51,463 nt of DNA, taken from positions 1-51,463 of the forward strand of contig JASFYY010000033.1 of the NCBI GenBank assembly GCA_045046875.1, written 5' to 3'. This document shows positions 29,079 through 38,205 of the stretch, piece by piece (position 1 is the first letter of the stretch; each line of letters starts with the position of its first letter). Origin of the DNA: Verrucomicrobiota bacterium. GTDB taxonomy: Bacteria > Verrucomicrobiota > Verrucomicrobiia > Verrucomicrobiales > DEV007. The position numbers were made by a program, and so were the translations under genes. Under the pieces are notes generated by a model. That model ran no database searches. It was not told the origin of the DNA and was given only the letters and a program-made list of their open reading frames with translations.

Positions 29079-29747
29079 ATGTCATTGCGTTGTAATATCG
29101 GAAAAGCGAGTCTGTTGATCCTCGGAGCTGTGTTCTCTGTGGCTTGCGGCCGTCCTTTTGATGTGAATGTGGGTACCGACGAGCCGATCCAGGTGGATGT
29201 GAGCATGGAGGTGCATGTTTACCAGCATGGTGAAGATTCGGATGAGGATAAAGCCAAGCGGGCGGATTATAAAAAGGTCTTGGAAAGTCGTCGCAGCCGG
29301 ATGGAGCAGGTGCAGAAGTTGAAAAACAACCGTTTGGTCGGGGAGGATCATCAAGGTTTGTTGTCTATCCGCAATTTGCCTGCGGGTGAATACGGTTTGT
29401 ATGTCAAAAAAACGGTGGGTGAAGAAAACGGTGATCGGAATTTTCTGATGAAAGCGGAAGCGGCGGAAAAAGGAACGGCGATCGGAGAGGTGAAAAAAAT
29501 CCAATGGCGTCATTGGCAGCGTAAATCTTTTCCCGGTGAATGGATCCAGTTGGAAGGGGCGGAAGCGGGGACTTATCGTTGGGCTCAGAAAACGGGCGCG
29601 AGTGAAGGGGTGAGTGAATCCGGCGGTGTCGATAGCAAGGCGGGGGAAGCCGGAAAAAGCGAGGAATCGTATGGGAACAAGGGAGCTGCCGATAAGGCTG
29701 GAGGTCAAAAAAGGCGCCAGAGAAAAGGCAAGGTGCAAGGCGAATAG
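29079..29747 (+). CDS. Lipoprotein: YnbE-like N-terminus fused to a DUF1318/YdbL domain
   Basis: Lipobox SVAC; DVNVGTDEPIQVDVSMEVHVYQH (YnbE-like); LVGEDHQGLL..EENGDR..PGEWIQ..W..K (DUF1318-like). Confidence 0.78.
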   Translation: MSLRCNIGKASLLILGAVFSVACGRPFDVNVGTDEPIQVDVSMEVHVYQHGEDSDEDKAKRADYKKVLESRRSRMEQVQKLKNNRLVGEDHQGLLSIRNLPAGEYGLYVKKTVGEENGDRNFLMKAEAAEKGTAIGEVKKIQWRHWQRKSFPGEWIQLEGAEAGTYRWAQKTGASEGVSESGGVDSKAGEAGKSEESYGNKGAADKAGGQKRRQRKGKVQGE

Positions 29748-29892
29748 CTCGAATGCGCCAGTCAGGGCGGGCATTTTATGCTTGCCGATTTGTTAGGATC
29801 TGGTAAATGGAGGGCTCTCCATGGTGTCATGGCGTGGCTGAAGCGGTTTGATCCGGGTCGGCGATGATTTAAGAAACCAAAAAGATATATTG

Positions 29893-31512
29893 ATGACTGA
29901 TACAACAAATAAACCCTCAATGAGCCTGTTCTGGGGCTGTTTTATTGCGCTGATAGCGACTGCTTTTGCATTCTTTACCCGAATGTATCTTTGCGAAGTT
30001 CGTTTTGCCTCGGATTTTAATATTGATAAGGGGACGGTGGGGGTTTTGATGGGGGCTGGCGTTTGGCCATTTGCGATTTCGATCATTATATGGAGTTTGT
30101 TTATTGATAAAGTCGGGTATCGAGCAGCAATGATTTTTTCGTTCGTCTGTTACGTTATCTATGTGACGATGGCTTGTATGGCATATGGAGCGATTCAAGG
30201 AGTGGAAGGTGAGGCTCTTGTTGCGGCGCAAAAAAAGGGATACGACTTGCTTTATTTTGGAAGTGTCATTCTGGCTCTCGGTAATGGAACGGTGGAAGCC
30301 TTTATCAACCCTGTGGTGGCCACAATGTTCAGCAAGGCTAAAACCAAGTGGTTGAATATCCTCCATGCAGGTTGGCCTGGTGGGCTTGTGCTAGCGGGTT
30401 TGATCACGATTGCGATGGCGGATATTGCGGAAAAAGGTGATTGGCGCTTGGTGATAGGTGTGATTGCCATTCCGGCAGTGATCTATCTAGTGATGCTGAT
30501 GAAAGCTAAGTTTCCGGTGAATGAACGTGAGGCTGCGGGTGTTTCTTATCGCGAAATGTTGGGTGAACTTGGGGCGTTCGGTGCCTTAGTTGCTTTTGGT
30601 CTCATCTTTGCTCAATTGGGACAGGTTTTTGGGTGGTCTCTCGAAATTAGTATTGGTTTAGCCGTCGCTGTATCGATCGCTTTCGGGGTTTACACCAAGA
30701 GTCTTGGGCGTGGTTTCATGGCCGCGGTCATCATTATCATGATGCCCCTTGCGACCACTGAGATTGGAACGGATGGATGGATCAGCGGTTTGATGGCGGT
30801 GCCTATGCAGGAAGCGGGCCTCAATGCGGGCTGGGTTTTGGTTTACACTTCGGCGATCATGACGGTGTTGCGCTTTTTTGCCGGTCCGATTGTTCACAAA
30901 CTTTCTCCAATTGGGTTACTGGTGATCAGCTCGGTTCTCGCGATTGCGGGATTACTCGCTTTGTCACAAACTGGCAATTCAGGGCTGTTGGTTATTTTTG
31001 CTGCCGCAACCTTATACGGGTTTGGCAAAACTTTCTTCTGGCCCACGATGCTGGGGGTTACCGCAGAGCAATGCCCTAAAGGTGGAGCTTTGACGCTGAA
31101 TGCGATTTCTGGAATCGGAATGATCGCCGTGGGGATTTTGGGTTTTCCATTCATCGGGGTGCTTCAGGAGAAAACAGCAAGCACAAATTTGCAAAGCTCT
31201 GTGCCTGAAGTGGCGCAAAGTGTTCTTATTGATAAAGAAGGAATCCTTGGTGCGTATCAGGCGATTGATCCAGAAAAAGCGGCAGCTCTCACTGATGATG
31301 CCGCGTTAGCTGCGATCGCTAGTGCCAATCAGTCGGGCCAGTTCACGGCGCTCGGGAAAATGGCGATGTTTCCTGCTTTTATGTTGGTCTGTTATCTGTT
31401 GATGTTCTTCTACTTCAAGTCGAAAGGCGGTTATAAAGCTCAGGTTCTGGCAGGACACGAGGCTGAAGACGGGAAATTCACAGGTGGGGTCGAAGGCCCG
31501 GCGGGTGAGTGA
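29893..31512 (+). CDS. MFS transporter (probable sugar permease)
   Basis: About 12 TM segments; DKVGYR loop; GNGTVEAFINPVVAT; KTFFWPTMLG. Confidence 0.88.
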   Translation: MTDTTNKPSMSLFWGCFIALIATAFAFFTRMYLCEVRFASDFNIDKGTVGVLMGAGVWPFAISIIIWSLFIDKVGYRAAMIFSFVCYVIYVTMACMAYGAIQGVEGEALVAAQKKGYDLLYFGSVILALGNGTVEAFINPVVATMFSKAKTKWLNILHAGWPGGLVLAGLITIAMADIAEKGDWRLVIGVIAIPAVIYLVMLMKAKFPVNEREAAGVSYREMLGELGAFGALVAFGLIFAQLGQVFGWSLEISIGLAVAVSIAFGVYTKSLGRGFMAAVIIIMMPLATTEIGTDGWISGLMAVPMQEAGLNAGWVLVYTSAIMTVLRFFAGPIVHKLSPIGLLVISSVLAIAGLLALSQTGNSGLLVIFAAATLYGFGKTFFWPTMLGVTAEQCPKGGALTLNAISGIGMIAVGILGFPFIGVLQEKTASTNLQSSVPEVAQSVLIDKEGILGAYQAIDPEKAAALTDDAALAAIASANQSGQFTALGKMAMFPAFMLVCYLLMFFYFKSKGGYKAQVLAGHEAEDGKFTGGVEGPAGE

Positions 31513-31536
31513 TCTTGCCGCAGATAAATTCACAAC

Positions 31537-31566
31537 AAAGGGCGGCTTACGAGCCGCCCTTTTTTT
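31537..31566 (+). terminator. Rho-independent terminator between the convergent MFS and doc genes
   Basis: aaagggcggct-tacg-agccgcccttt followed by a T-run. Confidence 0.88.
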
Positions 31567-31589
31567 GTCATCTGAACTGATGGTGCCGC

Positions 31590-31994
31590 TCAAGCGGGAA
31601 CCGCTTCCGTGACCGAGCGCAACCAGTCGCAGAAAGTTTGTTCGCTGTGCTCACCGGCGGCGAGAGCCAGATAGTGAGGATATTTTGCCACCTCATCAAC
31701 GGTGAAATAGACAGCGTTGAGATTCAGAAATAATTCGCAGGTGATGGCTGCGGTGCGTTTGTTGCCATCGTGGTAAGGATGGTTTTTTGCCAGGCCAAAA
31801 GCATAAGCGGCAGCGAGTTGACAGCAATCGGGTTTTGGGTCGCTGTAGTTCCATAGTTGCTGGGGGCGAGCGAGAGCAGATTCCAGCATTACTTGATCGC
31901 GGATGCCATGCAGGCCGCCGTGCTCACGGATTTGCTCGAAGTGGAAACACTCGATGATATCTATCTCTACCCATTCCGGTTCGGTCATGATCAC
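31590..31994 (-). CDS. doc: Death-on-curing (Doc/Fic) toxin
   Basis: HGGLHGIRD..LESALARP, AAAYAFGLAKNHPYHDGNKRTA; start overlaps the antitoxin stop (GTGA); alternative ATG at 31988. Confidence 0.92.
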   Translation of the reverse strand: MIMTEPEWVEIDIIECFHFEQIREHGGLHGIRDQVMLESALARPQQLWNYSDPKPDCCQLAAAYAFGLAKNHPYHDGNKRTAAITCELFLNLNAVYFTVDEVAKYPHYLALAAGEHSEQTFCDWLRSVTEAVPA

Positions 31995-32218
31995 TCAGCG
32001 AGTTTTTTCAACATGTTGCGATTTTTGCGCATGATATCACGCGCCATGTCAAGCTGTCGGCTTTTTTTCTCATCGTATGGGGTGAGCGTTAACCCGTCGT
32101 TGGTTTCGATTAAGTTGACCGTGTCCCCTTGATGCAAATTGAAGCGGCTCATGATTTCTTTAGAGAGAATTAGTGCCGATGAGTTGCCGACTTTAGTGAT
32201 TTTAGCGGTGGTCTGCAT
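31991..32218 (-). CDS. AbrB/MazE-type antitoxin of the Doc toxin
   Basis: KITKVGNSSALILSKE..LHQGD..LTPYD; directly upstream of doc. Confidence 0.9.
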   Translation of the reverse strand: MQTTAKITKVGNSSALILSKEIMSRFNLHQGDTVNLIETNDGLTLTPYDEKKSRQLDMARDIMRKNRNMLKKLAE

Positions 32219-32224
32219 GGATAG

Positions 32225-32253
32225 ATGTTTGAACATTCGTTCTAACGCGTCAA
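32225..32253 (-). promoter_or_regulatory. Putative TA-operon promoter with two GTT-N2-AAC operator palindromes
   Basis: Minus strand TTGACG-17 nt-AAACAT; palindromes ATGTT-tg-AACAT (32225-32236) and CGTT-ct-AACG (32238-32247). Confidence 0.55.
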
Positions 32254-32312
32254 GTTTAATCGGTAATAAGGTGGCATGAAATACTTTTTGATGGCTTGGT
32301 AATGGCCTTCAA

Positions 32313-32666
32313 ATGATGAAACTCTACACTTACAAAAACTGCGGAACTTGTCGCAAGGCAGTGAAATACCTCGAATCCAAGGGGCTGGAGATCGAAGCCG
32401 TTCCGATTCGCGAGCAACCACCCAGCAAAACTGAGTTAAAAAAGATGCTGGCGGTTTACGATGGGGAGTTGCGCCGGTTGTTTAATAGCTCGGGACAGGA
32501 TTACCGGGCTTTGGATATGAAAAACCGTTTACCGTCGATGAGTGAAACGGAGGCGATCGATTTGTTGGCTAAAAACGGCAATTTGGTCAAACGTCCGTTT
32601 TTGCTGAGCGCAGATTCCGGGGTGGTGGGCTTCAAAGAGGCCGATTGGGACGCTTTATTGCCTTAA
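32313..32666 (+). CDS. ArsC/Spx/MgsR-family thioredoxin-fold protein
   Basis: CGTCRKA, LFNSSGQDYR and LVKRP motifs. Confidence 0.9.
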   Translation: MMKLYTYKNCGTCRKAVKYLESKGLEIEAVPIREQPPSKTELKKMLAVYDGELRRLFNSSGQDYRALDMKNRLPSMSETEAIDLLAKNGNLVKRPFLLSADSGVVGFKEADWDALLP

Positions 32667-32737
32667 ACGCAATTTATTTTGCCTTGAGGTGATTTTTTGC
32701 TGGAGTTGCGGGTCCAATTCTCATTAGAATGTGAACG

Positions 32738-32765
32738 AACCCCTTTTCTCAACGGAAAAGGGGTT
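32738..32765 (+). promoter_or_regulatory. Perfect 11-bp stem-loop upstream of the pilB operon (terminator or leader hairpin)
   Basis: aaccccttttc-tcaacg-gaaaaggggtt, just downstream of a TAGAAT hexamer at 32725-32730. Confidence 0.6.
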
Positions 32766-32787
32766 TTGAATCCAACCATAAAGACTT

Positions 32788-34476
32788 TTGTACGCGAACG
32801 AAGATTTTTTGCTCGAATTGCTTGAAGAAAACGGAACGGTGACCGCACCGGATCTGGAGCAGGCTCGTCATCGGAAAAAGAACACCCAATCGGTGATCGA
32901 TGTGTTACTGGAGACGGGCAAGGTTTCTGAAGAGGATCTGGCGCGTACTCTGGCGGTGAGCTCGGGGATGGACTTTGTCGATTTGACTCAGGCAGAGATC
33001 GACGAATCTGTGGTCGAAGCGGTGGATAAGGACGCGGCGCGTCGTTACAAGATCATACCGATCAACTACAATGGCAGCCAGATGTTGGTGGCAGTGGCCG
33101 ATCCGCTGGACTTTGATACTTTGGATGCGGTGCGGCATGTGATTCCCTATGAGTTGGAATTTGTCTGCTCACCGATGAAACAGATCAAACAACTGTTGGT
33201 TGAGCTGTATGGTTCCGAGGGATTGAGCGAGGAACAGGCTGCGGATTTGGGAGTTAGCGGTATTTCTGTGAAGGATGGGGCGGAGGGCGGTGAAGATGGT
33301 GGCGATGCCCCGGTGATTCGTTTGGTGGCGCAGATGTTGCAAGAAGCTTATCAAGCCAAAGCCAGTGATATTCACATCGAGCCGATGGAGAACGAGGTGC
33401 GGATTCGTTACCGCATCGATGGAGCTTTACACAAAGTGGCGGAGCATCCGTTGCGTTTGCTTTCGGCGATGGTGAGTCGTATCAAAATCATGACCGGTAC
33501 GATGAGCATCGCGGAGAAACGCGTGCCTCAGGATGGCCGGGTGCGGGCGACGATCGGGGACAAGGACTTGGATTTGCGTGTTTCGACGGTGCCTACCAGC
33601 AATGGTGAGAGTATCGTCATGCGTATTTTGGATAAGTCCTCGTTGCTGTTGGGTTTGCCGCAGTTGGGTTTTTTCTCGGATGACCAAGAGAACTTCAATC
33701 AGCTGATTCGTTTGCCGGATGGGATTATTCTAGTGACCGGCCCTACGGGTTCGGGTAAAACGACGACTTTGTATGCCTGTTTGAATGAGATCAATAAGCC
33801 GGATAAAAAAATCATCACGGTTGAGGATCCGGTTGAGTATGTTTTGTCGGGGATCAACCAGGTGCAGGTGAAGGAGGACATTGGCATGACCTTTGCCGCA
33901 GCCCTTCGTTCGATCCTGCGTCAGGCTCCGAACATCATTATGATCGGGGAGATTCGGGATATCGAGACAGCGTCGATTGCGATCAATGCCAGTCTGACGG
34001 GTCACTTGGTATTCAGTACTCTGCATACCAATGATGCGCCCGGCGCGGTGGCTCGTATGGCGGACATCGGGGTGAAGCGTTTCCTGATCGCTAGTGCGGT
34101 GCGGGCGATTGTGGCGCAGCGGTTGGTGCGAACCATTTGTCCAGATTGTGCCGCGCCTTCGGAGGTGACGGAAAAAGAGATGAGTTCTTTGAATTTGGAT
34201 ATTTCGCAGATGGGCGGAGCCGAAGTGAAAATGGGCACCGGTTGCCGCACTTGCCGCTCGACGGGTTATCGCGGTCGATTGGGGATTTACGAGGTGTTTA
34301 ATATCAATGACGAGGTCACGCACATGATCAATGACGAGCTTTCGACTCCCCAGTTGCGGAAAAAAGCGCGGGAGTTGGGGATGCGGACACTGCGTGAAGA
34401 CGGGGTGCGAAAGGTGTTGGCGGGCATTACGACTGCCCAAGAGGTGATTCGGGTGACCATGTCGGATGCAGATTGA
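32788..34476 (+). CDS. pilB: Type IV pilus/T2SS assembly ATPase (PilB/GspE family), copy 1
   Basis: ASDIHIEP, RVPQDGR, Walker A GPTGSGKTTT, TVEDPVE, LRQAPNIIMIGEIRD, STLHTND and CxxC...CxxC; TTG start. Confidence 0.93.
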   Translation: MYANEDFLLELLEENGTVTAPDLEQARHRKKNTQSVIDVLLETGKVSEEDLARTLAVSSGMDFVDLTQAEIDESVVEAVDKDAARRYKIIPINYNGSQMLVAVADPLDFDTLDAVRHVIPYELEFVCSPMKQIKQLLVELYGSEGLSEEQAADLGVSGISVKDGAEGGEDGGDAPVIRLVAQMLQEAYQAKASDIHIEPMENEVRIRYRIDGALHKVAEHPLRLLSAMVSRIKIMTGTMSIAEKRVPQDGRVRATIGDKDLDLRVSTVPTSNGESIVMRILDKSSLLLGLPQLGFFSDDQENFNQLIRLPDGIILVTGPTGSGKTTTLYACLNEINKPDKKIITVEDPVEYVLSGINQVQVKEDIGMTFAAALRSILRQAPNIIMIGEIRDIETASIAINASLTGHLVFSTLHTNDAPGAVARMADIGVKRFLIASAVRAIVAQRLVRTICPDCAAPSEVTEKEMSSLNLDISQMGGAEVKMGTGCRTCRSTGYRGRLGIYEVFNINDEVTHMINDELSTPQLRKKARELGMRTLREDGVRKVLAGITTAQEVIRVTMSDAD

Positions 34477-34537
34477 TGTGGAGGATTGCCTTGGTGTATG
34501 GTTTTTTTAATGAATTTGGATAGGAAAAAGGATTGAT

Positions 34538-36202
34538 ATGAACGTTGAAAGTGTGCTCGACTTACTGGTATCTCGGGAGTTGATTGATGAAAGTCAGCGA
34601 GAAGATCTGACCCTTGCTGTGGGCCAATCCGGTAAGGATGTGGTCGAGATATTGGAGGATTATTCGATTCTGGAAGCGGATCAATTGTATCAGTTGATCG
34701 CTGAGGATGTCGGGGGCTATAGTGTTGAGTTGGAAGGGTTTCAACCTCCACCTCAGGTGTTGGCGGCGATGCCTGCCGGCACGGCGCGCTTGCACGAATC
34801 CTTTCCGATTCAGTTCAATGAGGATGGCAGTTTTCTGGTAGCTTTGGCTGACCCGCTCAGCGCACACACGGCGGAGGAATTGCACTTTGCCCTAGGTCTG
34901 GATATTCAAATAGCGGTGGCACCACCGGCTAAAATCCACGAAATGATCGAATTGCATTACGGTGGTGATGCCGCCGGCATGAACGATGCTTTGGCCAAAT
35001 TGGGCGCTGAAGCGGCGGCTTTAACAGAAGATGATGCGGATGAGGATTCAGCGCCGATTATTCGTTACGTGGATTTGGTGTTGTTCCAGGCGATCAAAGA
35101 GCAGGCTTCGGATATTCATTTCGAGCCGTTTGAAGACGATTTTAAAATCCGCTACCGGGTGGATGGTTCGTTGTATGAAATGGCACCGCCACCGATGCAT
35201 TTGCAATCGTCGATTATTTCGAGGATCAAGGTGATGGCGAATCTGAACATCGCGGAAACCCGTTTGCCACAGGATGGACGAATCATGCAAACCATCGCTG
35301 ACAAGACGGTGGATATGCGTGTTTCGACTCTGCCGACGCAGAGCGGAGAGAGTGTGGTGCTGCGGGTTTTGGATCGCTCGAATGTCAATCTTAACATGGA
35401 TGCGATTGGTTTCCCTGATTTCATTTTTGACTACATCACCGAGACGATTCAGAAGCCCAATGGGATTTTTATCTGCACGGGGCCGACTGGAGCGGGAAAA
35501 ACGACGACTTTGTATGCTTGTCTACGCACTATCAATACAATGGACAGCAAGTTGCTGACGGCAGAGGATCCGGTGGAGTATGAGATCGATGGTATTATTC
35601 AGGTCCCGATCAACGATGCTATCGGGATGACTTTTTCACGAGTCTTGCGTGCCTTTTTGCGCCAGGATCCTGATCGGATTCTGGTGGGGGAAATGCGGGA
35701 TTTGGACACTGCGCAGATTGCGATTCAGGCATCGCTGACGGGTCACTTGGTGCTGAGCACTTTGCATACCAATGATGCGCCTGGCGCGGTCACGCGATTG
35801 GTGGACATGGGAACCGAACCGTTCCTGGTGGCGGCGACAATGGAAGGGGTTTTGGCCCAACGCCTGTTGCGGAAGATTTGTAAGGATTGCCGGGTAGCTT
35901 ATCAACCGAGTGAAGCGGTGTTGGAGCAGTTGAATCTGACACCTGCTGATATTGGCGGCAAAGAGTTTTATACCGGTCAAGGTTGCCCCAAATGCAACGA
36001 CACGGGTTACCGCGGGCGGCAGGGATTGTTTGAATTGTTGGATATGACGGACCCGTTAAGGGAATTGATCACCGAACGGGCCGCCACGGTGGTTTTGCGT
36101 CAAAAAGCATTGGAACTGGGGATGAAGAGTCTTCGTGATGATGGTTTGAGGAATATTTATAATGGAATCACCACCATTGAGGAAGTATTGAAATACACTT
36201 GA
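34538..36202 (+). CDS. pilB: Type IV pilus/T2SS assembly ATPase (PilB/GspE family), copy 2
   Basis: ASDIHFEP, GPTGAGKTTT, LRQDPDRILVGEMRD, STLHTND and tetracysteine motif. Confidence 0.93.
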   Translation: MNVESVLDLLVSRELIDESQREDLTLAVGQSGKDVVEILEDYSILEADQLYQLIAEDVGGYSVELEGFQPPPQVLAAMPAGTARLHESFPIQFNEDGSFLVALADPLSAHTAEELHFALGLDIQIAVAPPAKIHEMIELHYGGDAAGMNDALAKLGAEAAALTEDDADEDSAPIIRYVDLVLFQAIKEQASDIHFEPFEDDFKIRYRVDGSLYEMAPPPMHLQSSIISRIKVMANLNIAETRLPQDGRIMQTIADKTVDMRVSTLPTQSGESVVLRVLDRSNVNLNMDAIGFPDFIFDYITETIQKPNGIFICTGPTGAGKTTTLYACLRTINTMDSKLLTAEDPVEYEIDGIIQVPINDAIGMTFSRVLRAFLRQDPDRILVGEMRDLDTAQIAIQASLTGHLVLSTLHTNDAPGAVTRLVDMGTEPFLVAATMEGVLAQRLLRKICKDCRVAYQPSEAVLEQLNLTPADIGGKEFYTGQGCPKCNDTGYRGRQGLFELLDMTDPLRELITERAATVVLRQKALELGMKSLRDDGLRNIYNGITTIEEVLKYT

Positions 36203-36310
36203 TCGAAGGCGACTGAGAGATTGTGATAGACAGGAAATCGGCAAAATAGTAAACTCAGACAGGCTCCCGTCTGAAAAATAATTTAAACTGCTAAGTAGAA
36301 ACGAAAAAAA

Positions 36311-37579
36311 ATGGCTAATTTTGAATATATAGCTCTGGACGCCAAAGGCGAGGAGTCGGCGGGAAACATCTCGGCTAAAGACGAGGCGGATGCCAGCAAT
36401 CAGCTGAGAAGTCAGGGTTTGTATCCGACTAGTTTGGCGGCGGCAGGCAAAGGCGGCGTTGACAGCAAGGCGAAATCCAAGATCAAGAAGGCTCAAAAAT
36501 CGAAGAGCAAAGCTGGAGGTAAAGCGGGAGGCAAGGTCAAAGGTAAGGTGCTGATGATTTTCACCCGGCAGTTGGCGACTTTGGTGGAAGCGGGCTTGCC
36601 TTTATTGAGGGGCTTGACGGTGCTTGCTAATCAAGAGAAAAACAAGAATATGAAACAAACCATCAATGCGCTGGCTGACTCGGTGCAGAGTGGTAGTACG
36701 TTTTCAGAAGGTTTGGGGCAGCATCCACGGATTTTTGACAAGCTTTATGTCAACATGGTGAAAGCAGGGGAACTCGGCGGGGTGCTGGAGTTGGTATTGG
36801 TGCGTTTGGCGGAGTATTCTGAGAAAGCTCAAAAGCTGAAGAATAAAATCGTGTCGGCAATGGTGTATCCGATGATCGTGATGTTCATCGCGGTGATTAT
36901 CGTGGTGTTCTTGATGATGGTGATCGTGCCGAAGTTTGAGAAGATTTTTTCAGAGATGTTGGGGGACAAACCCTTACCGGGCATCACTCGTTTTGTGATT
37001 GGCTTTAGTCGTACCATTCAGGACAACTGGCTGATATTTTTGGTAAGTTTTGCGGTTTTGTTCGTCACTTGGAAAGTCTTCTCTGCCACTAAAGGCGGGG
37101 CTAAAACAATTGACCGTTTTAAGCTGAAGATGCCTTTGCTCGGGCCGATTCAGTTGAAGAGTTCAGTTTCTCGTTTTGCTAGAACGCTAGGGACTTTGGT
37201 GACATCAGGGGTGCCTATTTTGCAGGCGCTGGGGATCACTCGTGAAACGGCAGGCAATCTGGTGGTCGCCGAGGCGGTTGACAGGGTGCATGAAGCGGTG
37301 CGCGAAGGGGAGTCGATCGTGGCTCCTTTGGAGGCGAGTCGGGTGTTCCCTGCCATGGTGATCAGTATGGTTGATGTGGGGGAGGAGACCGGGCAGTTGC
37401 CGGATATGCTTTTGAAAATTGCGGATGTTTATGACGACGAGGTGGATAATGCAGTGGATGCAATGACGTCAATGCTGGAGCCAATCATGATTGTGTTTCT
37501 GGCTTTGATTGTGGGCACGATTGTGATTGCTCTGTTTATGCCGATGATCAGCATTATCACAGAAATGAATGCGCAGTAA
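36311..37579 (+). CDS. pilC: Type IV pilus/T2SS inner-membrane platform protein (PilC/GspF)
   Basis: FTRQLATLVEAGLPL, YVNMVKAGELGG, AMVYP, VGEETGQL and LEPIMIV. Confidence 0.95.
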   Translation: MANFEYIALDAKGEESAGNISAKDEADASNQLRSQGLYPTSLAAAGKGGVDSKAKSKIKKAQKSKSKAGGKAGGKVKGKVLMIFTRQLATLVEAGLPLLRGLTVLANQEKNKNMKQTINALADSVQSGSTFSEGLGQHPRIFDKLYVNMVKAGELGGVLELVLVRLAEYSEKAQKLKNKIVSAMVYPMIVMFIAVIIVVFLMMVIVPKFEKIFSEMLGDKPLPGITRFVIGFSRTIQDNWLIFLVSFAVLFVTWKVFSATKGGAKTIDRFKLKMPLLGPIQLKSSVSRFARTLGTLVTSGVPILQALGITRETAGNLVVAEAVDRVHEAVREGESIVAPLEASRVFPAMVISMVDVGEETGQLPDMLLKIADVYDDEVDNAVDAMTSMLEPIMIVFLALIVGTIVIALFMPMISIITEMNAQ

Positions 37580-37622
37580 GCGGGTTTGTCCCGAGCTGTG
37601 AAAAGTGAGGAAGGATGAGAAA

Positions 37623-38198
37623 ATGAATACAAAAAATTCACAGAGAGACAGGTGGGGGCAGCGGGGGTTTACCCTGATGGAGTTGCTGATTGTGATTTCG
37701 TTGATCGCGGTGCTGGCGGGGATGGTGCTGGCGGCGATGCCGGCGATTATCAATAAAGTAAAACGTGATCAGGCCAGATTGGGGGTGAAGGAATTGACGG
37801 CAGGATTGTCGTCTTATAAATTGGATAATGGTTGGTATCCGATCAATCGGACTGATCCGGTTGAAGGTGCTTTTGTGTTGTATCAATATTTGTCTGGCGA
37901 TTTTGATATTGATGGCAATTTGGATCCAGCGACGTCTGATACCAAAATTTATGTGCCGGGTATTGATTGGAATACAGCGAAGAGCCAGAGTCAGCAAAGA
38001 GTTGGGGCGGTGGGTGGCAAGTATGCTTTGGTGGACCCATTTGGCAGTCCAATCCGTTATTTGTGTGAGCCTCCGGGGGTGAAGGATAAAAATAGAAAAA
38101 CCCGCAACCCGACTTATGATATTTGGTCTTTGGGCGGAGCTGACGCCAAGGCAACGAGCATTAAAGCCCAGTCAAACTGGCTCACCAACTGGGATTAA
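37623..38198 (+). CDS. Type IV prepilin / pseudopilin (GspG-like C-terminus)
   Basis: Class III signal QRG|FTLMELLIVISLIAVLAG; DPFGSP and YDIWSLG...TNW C-terminus. Confidence 0.92.
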   Translation: MNTKNSQRDRWGQRGFTLMELLIVISLIAVLAGMVLAAMPAIINKVKRDQARLGVKELTAGLSSYKLDNGWYPINRTDPVEGAFVLYQYLSGDFDIDGNLDPATSDTKIYVPGIDWNTAKSQSQQRVGAVGGKYALVDPFGSPIRYLCEPPGVKDKNRKTRNPTYDIWSLGGADAKATSIKAQSNWLTNWD

Positions 38199-38205
38199 TT
38201 TACTC

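Noticed and set aside
36203..36310. c-di-GMP riboswitch between pilB and pilC (GGCAAA plus a small hairpin at 36255-36274)
   Set aside because: Lacks the GNRA-capped P2 and the following conserved GACGCAAAG-type segment; only a 6-bp stem is present.
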